Below are positions 20,874 through 30,940 of a stretch of 64,000 bases of DNA, piece after piece (position 1 is the first letter of the stretch; each line of letters opens with the position of its first letter). The stretch covers positions 128,001 through 192,000 of the forward strand of contig JBBQZX010000005.1 of NCBI GenBank assembly GCA_038207335.1. Reading direction: 5' to 3'. The stretch comes from Chthoniobacterales bacterium. GTDB lineage: Bacteria; Verrucomicrobiota; Verrucomicrobiia; Chthoniobacterales; Chthoniobacteraceae. The position numbers and the translations under genes were made by a program. A model generated the notes under the pieces. That model was not told the DNA's origin, did not search any database, and saw only the letters and a program-made list of their open reading frames with translations.

Positions 20874-22301
20874 ATGTCCACGAACGCCACTTGTGATATC
20901 GGCCTCATCGGCCTCGCCGTGATGGGCGAAAATCTCGTCCTCAACATGGAGTCGAAAGGCTTCACCGTCGCCGTCTTTAACCGCACCACTTCGGTCACCG
21001 AGAAATTCGGCGCGGGCCGCGGCGCGGGGAAAAACTTCGTCATCGCGAAAACGCTCGAGGAGTTCGTGGGCGCGCTGAAACGGCCGCGCAAGGCGCAGAT
21101 CATGGTGAAAGCCGGCGCGCCCGTGGACGCCGTCATCGAGCAACTCATCCCGCTGCTCGAGTCCGGCGACATCATCATCGACGGCGGCAACTCGCTGTGG
21201 ACCGACACGCAGCGCCGCGAGAAGTATCTCAAGGAAAAGGGCATCCACTTCTTCGGCGTCGGCGTCTCCGGCGGCGAGGAAGGCGCGCTGAAAGGCCCGT
21301 CGATCATGCCCGGCGGCTCGGCGGAGGGATGGAAAAGCATCGCGCCGATTTACACGAAGATCGCCGCGGTGGCCGAGGGCGAGCCGTGCTGCCGCCACAT
21401 GGGACCGGACGGCGCGGGCCACTACGTGAAGATGGTCCACAACGGCATTGAGTACGGCGACATGCAGCTCATCTGCGAAGCCTACGCGATCCTCAAGGCC
21501 ACCATCGCGCCGACCGCGGAGGAGTTCGCGCAAATTTTCTCCGACTGGAACAAAGGCGAGCTCAACAGCTTCCTCATCGAAATCACCGCGAACATTTTCA
21601 CCAAAATTGACCCCGAGACGGGCAAGCCGCTCGTCGAACTGATCCTCGACAAGGCCGGCCAAAAGGGCACTGGCAAATGGACCGTGGGCCACTCGATCGA
21701 GATGGGTGTGCCGCTCAGCGTCATCGGCAGTGCGGTCGAGGCGCGCATTCTTTCCTCGATGAAAGATGAGCGCGTCGAGGCGAGTAAAGTCCTGCCCGGG
21801 CCTGATGTGAAGCCATTCTCCGGCGATCGCGCGGCGCTCATCGCGGCGGTGAAAGACGCGCTCTTCGCGAGTAAAATCATCAGCTACGCGCAGGGCTTTG
21901 TGCAGCTCGGCGTGGCGGGCAAGCTCTACGACTGGAACCTCAACTTCGGCGACATCGCCTCGATCTGGCGCGGCGGCTGCATCATTCGCGCGAGCTTTTT
22001 GAACGACATCACCGCCGCGTATCGCCGCGACCCGGCGCTGAAAAATCTGATCCTCGATCCGTTCTTCCGCGACATCATCCTGCGCGCGCAGGCGAACTGG
22101 CGCACCGCCGTCCAGACCGCCATCGGCGCGGGCGTCGCGGTGCCGGCGTTCTCCGCCGCGCTCGCGTATTTCGACAGCTACCGGCAGGCGCGCCTCCCGG
22201 CGAATCTGCTGCAAGCGCAGCGCGACTACTTCGGTTCGCACACCTTTGAGCGCATCGACAAGCCCGACGCCGGCTTCACTCACTTCGAGTGGATCGGCTG
22301 A
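20874..22301 (+). CDS. gnd: 6-phosphogluconate dehydrogenase, NADP-dependent decarboxylating
   Basis: GLAVMGENL, IIDGGN, VSGGEEGA, KMVHNGIEY, QAQRDYFG. Confidence 0.97.
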   Translation: MSTNATCDIGLIGLAVMGENLVLNMESKGFTVAVFNRTTSVTEKFGAGRGAGKNFVIAKTLEEFVGALKRPRKAQIMVKAGAPVDAVIEQLIPLLESGDIIIDGGNSLWTDTQRREKYLKEKGIHFFGVGVSGGEEGALKGPSIMPGGSAEGWKSIAPIYTKIAAVAEGEPCCRHMGPDGAGHYVKMVHNGIEYGDMQLICEAYAILKATIAPTAEEFAQIFSDWNKGELNSFLIEITANIFTKIDPETGKPLVELILDKAGQKGTGKWTVGHSIEMGVPLSVIGSAVEARILSSMKDERVEASKVLPGPDVKPFSGDRAALIAAVKDALFASKIISYAQGFVQLGVAGKLYDWNLNFGDIASIWRGGCIIRASFLNDITAAYRRDPALKNLILDPFFRDIILRAQANWRTAVQTAIGAGVAVPAFSAALAYFDSYRQARLPANLLQAQRDYFGSHTFERIDKPDAGFTHFEWIG

Positions 22302-22325
22302 GGCACTTCATGTTCCTTGGTTGGG

Positions 22326-22361
22326 AAAGGGCGCGGCACTTCAGTGTGCCGCGCCCTTTTT
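22326..22361 (+). terminator. Rho-independent terminator after gnd
   Basis: aaagggcgcggcac-ttcagt-gtgccgcgccc followed by ttttt. Confidence 0.85.
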
Positions 22362-22504
22362 GCTGCCTTTGTGCGGCGGGAGGGGTTCATCCGGGCCGGG
22401 AATTGTAGTTTGGGGAAGTGGGGGGTGTTGAGATTTGACGGGGCCGAGGTGGCGAGGTGTTTAAATATCGGCAAATACTGCGTAAGTCGTTGAAGATCAC
22501 GACA

Positions 22505-22759
22505 CCTCGACGGCATCCGGTGGGGCCTCGACGGCATATTTTTGTCGAAAAACGATTTCGGAGCCCTGTCGGATTCCGTCAGCGCCTTACCGGATGCCGT
22601 CGAGGCCGCGCGGGATGTTGGCGGTGTGGCGGGGGATGCCGGCGGTGGGAGGCGGGATGTCGGCGGGGTGAAGATCGCCGCTATCGAGGTGTCGCGGGAT
22701 GGCGTCGGCGGGGCGGCGTTTGCCGTAGGAGGGGGACGGGATGCCGTCGGGGTGGGGAG
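22505..22759. repeat. Degenerate 21-bp-period array: 2 inverted plus 9 direct units
   Basis: ggatgccgtc-like units at 22571, 22592, 22613, 22634, 22655, (22676), 22697, 22718, 22739; inverted cctcgacggcat at 22505 and 22526. Confidence 0.8.
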
Positions 22760-24664
22760 CTAGGGGCCGTCGCGGAGGGCTTCGAGCTCCTGCCAGCGGA
22801 GGTAGAGGGCGGCGATGTGGTGGCGCTTGGCGTCGAGTTCGGCTTCGAAGGTGCGCCATTCGGCGCCGTGTTCGGCGTAGAATTTGGGGTCGGCGAGTTT
22901 GGTTTCGAGGGCGGTGTGGGCTTCTTCGGCGGCGAGGATGGCGGTTTCCATGCCTTCGAGTTCACGCTGTTCTTTCCATTTGAGTTTGCGGGCTTTGGCG
23001 GGGGGGGGGGCAGAGGTGTTTGTAAGGGAGGCGGGTGCGGCGTTGGCGGGAGTGGGCGGAGCGGATGGCGAGGGGCGCGCGGCTTGGGACTGGGCGCGCT
23101 TTTCGAGATAGCGGTCGTAGTTTCCGACGTGGAAATCGACTCGGCCATCGGGCTCGAAGGCGAGGGTGGCGGTGCAGACGCGGTTGAGGAAATAGCGGTC
23201 GTGGCTGACGACGAGGACGCTGCCTTTGAAGCAGAGGAGGGCTTCCTCGAGGAGGCGGAGGGTGCCGAGGTCGAGGTCGTTGGTGGGTTCGTCGAGGATG
23301 AGGACGTTGCCGCCGCGCTTGAGGATTTTTGCCAGGAGGACGCGGCTGCGTTCGCCGCCGCTGAGGAGGCCGATGCGGGTGCCGATGCGGTCGTCGGTGA
23401 AGAGGAAGCGACGGAGGTAGGCGCGGAGGGAGATATTCTCCTCGCCGAGGCGGACCCATTCGATGCCTTCGCCGACTTCGTCGTAGATGCTTTTGTCGTC
23501 GTCGAGCTGGACGCGGTTTTGGTCGATGTAGTTGATTTCCGTGCGTGCGCCGATTTCGACTTCGCCGGCGGCGGGCGGGATTTCGCCGAGGATGATTTTG
23601 AGGAGGGTGGATTTGCCGAGACCGTTGCGCCCGACGATGCCGAGGCGCTCGCCGGCCTGGAGGTCGAGGGTGAGATTTTCGAAGAGGACGCGGCCACCCG
23701 GGATGGCGGCGGAGAGCTCGCGGAGCTGGATGACTCGGTTGCCGAGTTTGGGCGCGGGCGGGATGATGAGTTCGACGTCGAGCTCCTGCTCGGGGGCTTC
23801 CTGGCCGGCCATTTCAAAGTAGCGCTCGACGCGGTCAACGCTCTTGGTGCGGCGGGCGCTGGGACGACGGCGGACCCACTCGAGTTCGCGTTTTAGGAAG
23901 CGTTCGCGTTTGTGTTCCTGCTGTTCCTCGACGGCTTGGCGCTGGGCTTTGGCAATGAGGAAGTCGCTGTAATTTCCCTCGAATGAGGCAAATGCGCCGC
24001 GCGCGAGCTCGACGATGCGGGTGGCGATGCGGTCGAGGAAGTAGCGGTCGTGGGTGACGAAGAGGCAGGTGCCTTCGTAGCGGGAGAGGAAGTCCTCGAG
24101 CCACTCGATGGAGCCGGTGTCGAGATGGTTGGTGGGCTCGTCGAGGATGAGGAGGTCGGGGCGGGCGAGGAGGGCGCGGCAGAGTGCGACGCGGCGTTTT
24201 TCGCCGCCGGAGAGGGTGCCGACGATGCGGGCGGGGTCGGGGGCGTGGAGATTGGTGAGGAGGCTTTTGGCGCGATGCTCGAGATTCCAGCCGTCGAGGT
24301 GGTGGATGCGGTCGAGGAGGAGGGCGCTGCGTGGGCTGTCGCTGGGGGTGGTCTCGTATTCGGCGATGAAGTCGAGGGCCACTTGGGCGCCGGTGAGGAC
24401 GGCGGCGTGGACGTCCGCGGTGTCGTCGAGGTCGAAGACTTGGGGGAGGTATCCGGTGATGAGGTCGCGCTTGCGGGAGAATGCGCCGTCGTCGGGATCG
24501 AGGGAGCCAGCGGCGATGCGGAGGAAGGTGGATTTTCCGCAGCCGTTGCGCCCGACGAGGCCGATGCGCTCGCCCTCGTGGATGGTGAGGGTGGCGCGGT
24601 CGAGGATGGTCTGTGTGCCGTAGCGGACGGTGAGTTCGCTGGCGGATGCGATTGAGTTGAGCAT
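22760..24664 (-). CDS. ABC-F family ATPase (Uup/YfmR-like)
   Basis: Two NBDs (GRNGCGKST/LSGGEKRR/LDEPTNHLD; GRNGLGKST/LSGGERSR/LDEPTNDLD), no TM, C-terminal coiled coil KLKWKEQRELE. Confidence 0.92.
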   Translation of the reverse strand: MLNSIASASELTVRYGTQTILDRATLTIHEGERIGLVGRNGCGKSTFLRIAAGSLDPDDGAFSRKRDLITGYLPQVFDLDDTADVHAAVLTGAQVALDFIAEYETTPSDSPRSALLLDRIHHLDGWNLEHRAKSLLTNLHAPDPARIVGTLSGGEKRRVALCRALLARPDLLILDEPTNHLDTGSIEWLEDFLSRYEGTCLFVTHDRYFLDRIATRIVELARGAFASFEGNYSDFLIAKAQRQAVEEQQEHKRERFLKRELEWVRRRPSARRTKSVDRVERYFEMAGQEAPEQELDVELIIPPAPKLGNRVIQLRELSAAIPGGRVLFENLTLDLQAGERLGIVGRNGLGKSTLLKIILGEIPPAAGEVEIGARTEINYIDQNRVQLDDDKSIYDEVGEGIEWVRLGEENISLRAYLRRFLFTDDRIGTRIGLLSGGERSRVLLAKILKRGGNVLILDEPTNDLDLGTLRLLEEALLCFKGSVLVVSHDRYFLNRVCTATLAFEPDGRVDFHVGNYDRYLEKRAQSQAARPSPSAPPTPANAAPASLTNTSAPPPAKARKLKWKEQRELEGMETAILAAEEAHTALETKLADPKFYAEHGAEWRTFEAELDAKRHHIAALYLRWQELEALRDGP

Positions 24665-24739
24665 GAAGGTTTAGCGTTTGCGCGGGCGTGTGGAGCCGGG
24701 CGCGCGCGGCTTTAACCGCAAAACGCGGAATGCCAAACG

Positions 24740-26329
24740 CTAAACAGTCCGCGCCAGGGCTTCGCGGATGTTGGTGACGAGGCTGTCGAACTCGACGGGC
24801 TTGGTGAGGTGCTTCACGAAGCCGGCGTCGAGGGCGCGCTGGACGTCCTCATCCATGCCGAAGCCGCTGAGGGCGATGCCGCTGAGGCGGTAGGTCTCGC
24901 GAAGCTCGCGCATGAGGTCGTGGCCGGTGCCGTCGGGGAGACCGAGGTCGCTGATGACGAGGCCGAACGCGCGGGAGCGACCGCCATCGTCGAGGGCGTT
25001 GTGCGCGGCAAGGGCGGCGGCTTTGGCTTGGGCGACGCTGGAGGCTACGGTGACGTGGTATCCGCGGCGGCGGAGCATGCGGGCCATGACGTTCGCGGTG
25101 TCCGAGTGGTCCTCGACGAGGAGGAGGTGGGCGAGCGAGTCGGCGGCACCGTCGCTGGAGACGCGTTCGGTTTTCGGAGCGGCCGCGGGCACCGGTGCGG
25201 CGTCCTCCACGAGCGGGAGGCGGACGGTGAAAGTGGCGCCCTGACCTTTGCCGGCGCTGGCCGCAGTGATGGTGCCGCCATGCAAATCGATGATCGCTTT
25301 CCCGATGGCGAGGCCGAGGCCGAGGCCGCCGAACTGCCGGGTGACTCCGCGCCCGCCTTGCTCGAACGCGCCGAAGATCGTGGGCAGAACTTCGGGCTCG
25401 ATGCCGATGCCCGTGTCGGTGATTTCGACGACGAGCCAGAGGCGCTTCTCGTCTCTTTTTTCGAAACGAGTGCGCACCCATGTCTGACCGCCGACGGGGG
25501 TGAATTTGATGGCGTTCTTGAGCAGATTCCAAAAGACCTGCGTGAGTCGCGCGGGGTCGCCGTGGACGATGTGCGGGCGCTCCGAGAGGTCTTCGTGGCA
25601 GACGATGAAGCGCTCGGCGGCCTCGTGGACGCAACAGGTTTTGACGGCGTGCTGGATGATGCCGCGGAGGTCCACGTAATCCAGACGCAGCTCGAGCTTG
25701 CCGCGGACGATGCGTGTCACGTCGAGCAGGTCGTCGATGAGACGCGCCTCGAGCTCGATGTTGCGCATGATGGTCGTCATGTCCTCGCGCACGTCCTGCG
25801 GGAGGCGTTCGTCTCGCTGCATGGCGGAGACGAGCGCGAGCACCGGGGTGAGCGGCGTGCGCAGTTCGTGGCTGAGCGTGGCGAGAAAGTCGTCTTTTGC
25901 GCGGCTGGCGGTGCGCGCTTCGTGCAGCTCCCGCTGGTCGCGGACTTGCTGGATGACGCCCTCGACGGTCGGGACGACGAGTTCCATGAAGTTCGGCGTC
26001 TTTAAAATGTAGTCGCGCACGCCTGCGCGCAGGGCTTCGACCAGCCGTTGCTCGTCGCTGAATGCAGTCATCAGGATCGCCGCGATCTCACGCCCTTCTT
26101 TTTGGAGTTCGCTGTAAAACTCCACGCCCGTTTTTCCTTCGCCGAGATTGTAGTCGAGCAGGAGGAGGTCGAATGGCTCCGCCGCGAGTTTCGTCCGGGC
26201 TGCCGCGGTGGTGGCGGCGGATTCGGTGTGGAAGCCAGCGCGCTCGAGCTGGCGACTCACGAGGCGGCTGATGCCCGGGTCGTCTTCGAGCAGGAGGACG
26301 CGGCCTCGCGCTCCATCGGGGAGGCTCAT
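24740..26329 (-). CDS. Hybrid histidine kinase (REC-HisKA-HATPase-REC)
   Basis: N-terminal LLLEDD receiver, LSHELRTPL, NAIKFT, DTGIG, GLGLGL, C-terminal LLVEDH receiver. Confidence 0.92.
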   Translation of the reverse strand: MSLPDGARGRVLLLEDDPGISRLVSRQLERAGFHTESAATTAAARTKLAAEPFDLLLLDYNLGEGKTGVEFYSELQKEGREIAAILMTAFSDEQRLVEALRAGVRDYILKTPNFMELVVPTVEGVIQQVRDQRELHEARTASRAKDDFLATLSHELRTPLTPVLALVSAMQRDERLPQDVREDMTTIMRNIELEARLIDDLLDVTRIVRGKLELRLDYVDLRGIIQHAVKTCCVHEAAERFIVCHEDLSERPHIVHGDPARLTQVFWNLLKNAIKFTPVGGQTWVRTRFEKRDEKRLWLVVEITDTGIGIEPEVLPTIFGAFEQGGRGVTRQFGGLGLGLAIGKAIIDLHGGTITAASAGKGQGATFTVRLPLVEDAAPVPAAAPKTERVSSDGAADSLAHLLLVEDHSDTANVMARMLRRRGYHVTVASSVAQAKAAALAAHNALDDGGRSRAFGLVISDLGLPDGTGHDLMRELRETYRLSGIALSGFGMDEDVQRALDAGFVKHLTKPVEFDSLVTNIREALARTV

Positions 26330-26787
26330 GCCGTGGTGCCGTGACCGTTGCCGTTGCGCGGGCGTTTCACGATCTGGAGGAAGAGACCGAGGCGCTTGAT
26401 GGCCTCGACGAAGTTTTCGTAATCGACCGGCTTGGTGATGTACACGTTGCAACCAAGCTCGTAGCAGCGGTCGATCTCGCGCGGGTCGTCGGTGGTGGTC
26501 AGCATGATGACTGGGATCGCGCGCGTCAGCTCATTCGCCTTGATCTGGCGCAGCGCCTCGATGCCGTCGATGCGCGGCATATTGATATCGAGCAGCACGA
26601 TGAAATCGTCGCTCACCACGCGCCCCTCGTGCGCGCCCTTGCCGTGCAGGTAGTCGAGCAGCTCCTGCCCATCAGTCACATGCACGATGCCATTCTCGAC
26701 GCCCGCGCGCTCGAGGTTCCTGCGCACGAGATTCGCGTGACCTTCGTCGTCTTCGGCGAGAATGATCGTTGGGGCGGCGTTGCTCAT
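26326..26787 (-). CDS. Single-domain response regulator (Rcp1-like)
   Basis: ILAEDD, LLDINMP, MLTTT, YITKPV. Confidence 0.92.
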   Translation of the reverse strand: MSNAAPTIILAEDDEGHANLVRRNLERAGVENGIVHVTDGQELLDYLHGKGAHEGRVVSDDFIVLLDINMPRIDGIEALRQIKANELTRAIPVIMLTTTDDPREIDRCYELGCNVYITKPVDYENFVEAIKRLGLFLQIVKRPRNGNGHGTTA

Positions 26788-26793
26788 AAAAAA

Positions 26794-28449
26794 TCAGTTG
26801 GCGACTTTAACGCTTTCTTTCTTCGGGGCAATCACCAGCGGCGAACTTTCGGCGCTCATCGGCAGCGAGAAAAAGAACGTCGAGCCGACGCCTTCCTCCG
26901 ATTCGACCCAAAGCTCGCCGCCGTGCCGCTCCACCATCCGGCGCACGAGCGGCAGCCCGATTCCCTCTCCTGGCGCGAGATGCGCATGGAGCCGCTGGAA
27001 GACGGCGAACACCTTCGGCAAATGCGCCGCCGGGATGCCGAGCCCGTTGTCTTTGACGTAAAAAATGTGGCGCTGTTTCGGATTCGGATCCTCCACCGGC
27101 ATGCATCCGACTTCGATCTCACCGGGCCTCTGCGAGTCCAAGTAGTTCACCGCGTTTCCGATCAGGTTTGCGAGGATTTGCTCGACCGCCGTCGGGTCCG
27201 CCCACGCCGCCGGCATCGGCAGCACCGTGATCTTCGCTCCGCGCGACTGGATCGTGACGCGCATGGCCGCAAGGATGCGCTCGACCACAGGCGCCAAGTC
27301 CACCGGCTCTGGCCGATACTCGATCCGCCCGATGCGCGAGAGCCGCAGAAGCGCATCGATGATCGCCGAGAGCCGCGCGACCGCAGTCTGGATAAAGTGA
27401 ATCGACTCGCCGATGTCGCGCTCCACGAGCGCCCGCGCGCGATCCCGCGCAGCCTCCGAGAGATCGCTCTCGAAGAGCCCCTTCAAATCCCCACGGATCA
27501 GGCCGAGCTCTTTGCTGAAGCCCTGCAAATTCACCAGCGGCGAGCGCAGGTCATGCGAGACGCTGTAAACGAACATCTCGTTTTCCTGGCTCTTCAGATC
27601 GAGGTCGCGATTCGCCCGGGTGAGTTCCTCATTGCGCCGCTCGAGCACCTCCAGAAACACGCGTTCCTTCTGCCTCGCACGCGCGAGGTCGGCGGACATG
27701 GCGTGGAAATTTTCATCCAGCTCGGTGATCTCATCCCGCCCGCCGACACGCTCCACCAGCGCCTCGCCGCGCGCGATCCGCACCGTGTTTGCCGTCAGCA
27801 CTTTCAGCCTCCGACTGATCCCGCGCCCGAAAAGCGCCGCACACGCCGCGCCGATGATGACATTTAGCGTGAGCCCGCCCACGAGCAGCCAGTTTTGCAG
27901 CGCACTCGATCGCGTGAGTGCTGCCATCCGCACCATGTCCAGATTCTGTTCGCTCTTGCGGAATTTGTCGAACTCGCCCGTCAGGTCCTGCATCAGGTCC
28001 GCGCCGTGCAGCGTCGCGATCGTCTTAATCGCCTCCTCCCGTTGTCCCGCCTTGACCAGTTCGATGAGCTGCCGCTCGTAGTCGATCAGGTCTACGCTTC
28101 GCTTCGAGATCGTGCGCCAACGTGCGAGCTGCGGGGGATTGTCGCTCACCAGACCGCCCAGCTCAGCGATCTCGAATTCCACCTCCACGCGCACTCGCGT
28201 CGCGTCATCTGCAAAGAGTGCATTGTCCGTCACCACGAATCCTCGCACGTCCGCCAGAGTCGTCTGCACCAGCGAAAAAACGTGGTCGAGATGAAGCAAC
28301 ACCTCCTTGGTATGCACCGCCGCGCGCTGTGCCTCGTTGTGCTGCGACTGCCGCTTCAGCAGCATCCCAATGAAAAGCGCCTGATACAAAAGCGGCAGCG
28401 CGATGAGCAGCAGCCCCTTCCCCATGATCGTGATTCGGCGCTTCGTCAT
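26794..28449 (-). CDS. CHASE3-HAMP sensor histidine kinase
   Basis: TM, VHTKEVL...VRGFVVT CHASE3 signature, TM, HAMP, VSHDLRSPL, NAVNY, DNGLG, GIGL. Confidence 0.88.
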   Translation of the reverse strand: MTKRRITIMGKGLLLIALPLLYQALFIGMLLKRQSQHNEAQRAAVHTKEVLLHLDHVFSLVQTTLADVRGFVVTDNALFADDATRVRVEVEFEIAELGGLVSDNPPQLARWRTISKRSVDLIDYERQLIELVKAGQREEAIKTIATLHGADLMQDLTGEFDKFRKSEQNLDMVRMAALTRSSALQNWLLVGGLTLNVIIGAACAALFGRGISRRLKVLTANTVRIARGEALVERVGGRDEITELDENFHAMSADLARARQKERVFLEVLERRNEELTRANRDLDLKSQENEMFVYSVSHDLRSPLVNLQGFSKELGLIRGDLKGLFESDLSEAARDRARALVERDIGESIHFIQTAVARLSAIIDALLRLSRIGRIEYRPEPVDLAPVVERILAAMRVTIQSRGAKITVLPMPAAWADPTAVEQILANLIGNAVNYLDSQRPGEIEVGCMPVEDPNPKQRHIFYVKDNGLGIPAAHLPKVFAVFQRLHAHLAPGEGIGLPLVRRMVERHGGELWVESEEGVGSTFFFSLPMSAESSPLVIAPKKESVKVAN

Positions 28450-28552
28450 TTCGGAAAAGAATCGCGCACCGTCGCCGCTCGCGTGTCCATCCGCCACATA
28501 TTCATTCGTTCCCGGCTCGACGCTTCGCGCACCGCTTCGGCATCCTTTTCCC

Positions 28553-29692
28553 ATGCAGGTCCCGCTCCTCGATCTCCGCCTCCAATACGCGCCGCTCAAA
28601 TCTCAAATCCTCGCCGAGATCGAGCAAGTCGCCGACTCACAGGGACTCATCCTCGGCCCCCGCGTCGAGGCGTTTGAAAAGTCCGTCGCCGACTACTGCG
28701 GCGTGCCTCACGCCATCGGCGTCTCTTCCGGCACCGACGCGCAACTTGTCCTCCTCATGGCCCTGGGCATCGGCCCTGGCGACATCGTCCTCACCACGCC
28801 CTACACATTCTTCGCCACCGCCGGCTGCGTCGCCCGGCTCGGCGCGCGTCCGGTCTTCGTCGATATCGACCCTGCGACCTACAACATCTCCGTCCCCGCC
28901 CTCGAAGCTGCTCTGGCACAGCATCCGCAGGCGAAAGCCATCATTCCCGTCCATCTTTTCGGCTGCTGCGCCGATATGGCCGCCATCGTTGCTTTGGGAA
29001 AAAAACATGGCATCCCGGTGCTCGAAGACGCCGCGCAAGCGCTCGGTGCGCGGCATCCGCTCGGTGCCGCCGGAGCCATCGGGGAAGCCGGCTGGTTCTC
29101 ATTTTATCCCACGAAAAATCTCGGCGCATTTGGCGACGCCGGCATGGTCGTATGCCACGACGACGCACTCGCGGCGAAAATGAAAGCGCTGCGCAACCAC
29201 GGCATGGAGCCGCGCTATTTCCACAAGTGGCTCGGCGGCAATTTCCGCATCGACGCCATCCAAGCCGCCGTCCTCCAGATCAAGCTCCCGCACCTCGACA
29301 CTTGGGGTGCCGGACGCCGCGCCCGCGCCGCATTTTACCGCGAAGAATTCGCCCGCCTCGGCCTGCTCGAAACCCTCACGCTCCCCATCGAGCCGTGGGC
29401 CGGCAGCGGCTTGGAAAATCATCACATCTACAACCAATTCGTCATCCGCACTCCGCGCCGCGACGACCTGCGCCTGCATCTCCAAGCTGCCGGCATCGGC
29501 AGCGAAATTTACTACCCGCTCCCGCTCCACCTCCAAGAATGCTTCCGCGACCTGGGCTATTCCGAAGGCGACTTTCCCGAGTCCGAGCGCGCCTCCCTCG
29601 AAACCCTCGCACTCCCCATTTTCCCCGAACTCACCGAACCTCAGCAGCTCTACGTAGCCGAGCAAATCGCCGCCTTTCACGCCCGCGCCTAA
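28553..29692 (+). CDS. DegT/DnrJ/EryC1/StrS PLP-dependent sugar aminotransferase
   Basis: SSGTDA, IIPVHLFG, LEDAAQA, SFYPTKNLGAFGDAG. Confidence 0.93.
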   Translation: MQVPLLDLRLQYAPLKSQILAEIEQVADSQGLILGPRVEAFEKSVADYCGVPHAIGVSSGTDAQLVLLMALGIGPGDIVLTTPYTFFATAGCVARLGARPVFVDIDPATYNISVPALEAALAQHPQAKAIIPVHLFGCCADMAAIVALGKKHGIPVLEDAAQALGARHPLGAAGAIGEAGWFSFYPTKNLGAFGDAGMVVCHDDALAAKMKALRNHGMEPRYFHKWLGGNFRIDAIQAAVLQIKLPHLDTWGAGRRARAAFYREEFARLGLLETLTLPIEPWAGSGLENHHIYNQFVIRTPRRDDLRLHLQAAGIGSEIYYPLPLHLQECFRDLGYSEGDFPESERASLETLALPIFPELTEPQQLYVAEQIAAFHARA

Positions 29693-29840
29693 TAGCGGGC
29701 TGTGGGATGGAGTATTAAAACAGGAAAAGAGAAAATGGGCCCAAAAGCGCATTCCTTTTTCCCTGTTCTCCTGCTTAAACCGTCGCGAAGCCTCACGGCT
29801 GGCCCTTTCTCCACGGGCCGATTTCCCCCATACCCGCTCT

Positions 29841-30881
29841 ATGAAACGCACCCTCCGCCTCCTCACCCTCCTCTGCGTCCTCGGCCTCACCGCCCGCGCC
29901 GCTGACAACTCCCCGCAAAACCCCGCTTCCGACGGCGACGGCGAATTCACCGTCGGCCCCGACTACAGCACCGACAAAGACCTCACCGACCTCGGCAACC
30001 CGAAAGGCAAGCTGTTCGAGTTCAAAATGAAGCTCGCGGACAGCAAGATTTTCCGCGGCGACGACACGACGCTCGAGCCCGACAAAAAGGCCGTCAACAC
30101 CGACCGCAAAATCTCCGTCTATATCCCGGCCGCCTACAAAGACGGCACCGCCGCGCCGTACCTCATCATCCACGACGGCCCCGGCCCGCTGCCCATGGTC
30201 CGCAACGCCCTCGACAACCTCACCATCTCAAAAGACCCCAACCGCAAGCTCCCCGCCTTCATCGCCATCGCCGTCCAAAATGGCGGCAATGACGGCAAGA
30301 ACAGCGAGCGTGGCCTCGAATACGACACCATGTCCGATCGCCTCGCGCGCTTCATCGTCGAGGAAGTCGTCCCTGCCGTCCTCGCCGACGCGGAGATCAA
30401 AGCCGCTTACCCCAAGCTCGCATTCACGAAAGACCCGTGGGGCCACGCGGTGGAAGGTTGCAGCTCCGGTGCTGCCGCGGCGCTCATCATGGGCTGGGCG
30501 CGGCCCGATCTTTTCCGCCGCATCGCCGCCTACTCCGGCACTTTCGTCGATCAGCAGGACGACGACGCCGCAGAGGAGGCAAAGTATCCGTTCGGTGCGT
30601 GGGAATTTCACTCCGGCATGAAGCTCATCGAAAGCGCCGAGCCGAAGCCCTTGCGCATCTTCACTCACTGCTCCGAAAACGACAACCGCAGCAACGATCC
30701 TGAAGATACCCATCACAACTGGGTGATGGCCGGCAAACGTACCTCCGCCGCCCTCACCGCCAAGGGCTACCACCACCGCTTCGTCTTCAGCAAAGCCACC
30801 GGCCACTGCGACGGGAAAGTCTTCAAGCTCACCCTCGCCGACACGCTCGTCTGGCTCTGGAAAGGCTACAAATCCGAGTAG
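29841..30881 (+). CDS. Secreted alpha/beta-hydrolase (enterochelin esterase-like)
   Basis: Signal peptide; VYIPAAY, ERGLEYD, GCSSGA nucleophile elbow, C-terminal GH. Confidence 0.8.
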   Translation: MKRTLRLLTLLCVLGLTARAADNSPQNPASDGDGEFTVGPDYSTDKDLTDLGNPKGKLFEFKMKLADSKIFRGDDTTLEPDKKAVNTDRKISVYIPAAYKDGTAAPYLIIHDGPGPLPMVRNALDNLTISKDPNRKLPAFIAIAVQNGGNDGKNSERGLEYDTMSDRLARFIVEEVVPAVLADAEIKAAYPKLAFTKDPWGHAVEGCSSGAAAALIMGWARPDLFRRIAAYSGTFVDQQDDDAAEEAKYPFGAWEFHSGMKLIESAEPKPLRIFTHCSENDNRSNDPEDTHHNWVMAGKRTSAALTAKGYHHRFVFSKATGHCDGKVFKLTLADTLVWLWKGYKSE

Positions 30882-30940
30882 TCACTCCCACTCAAGAAAC
30901 ACGCTTTCCAGCGCCATCGGGAGCCGACATCCTTCCCGTC

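Noticed and set aside
22571..22759. CRISPR array
   Set aside because: Period is only 21 bp, units are degenerate, there are no spacer-length unique segments and no cas genes in the window
24740..28449. CHASE3 kinase / receiver / hybrid kinase triad as a novel system
   Set aside because: Common, well-known signalling arrangement
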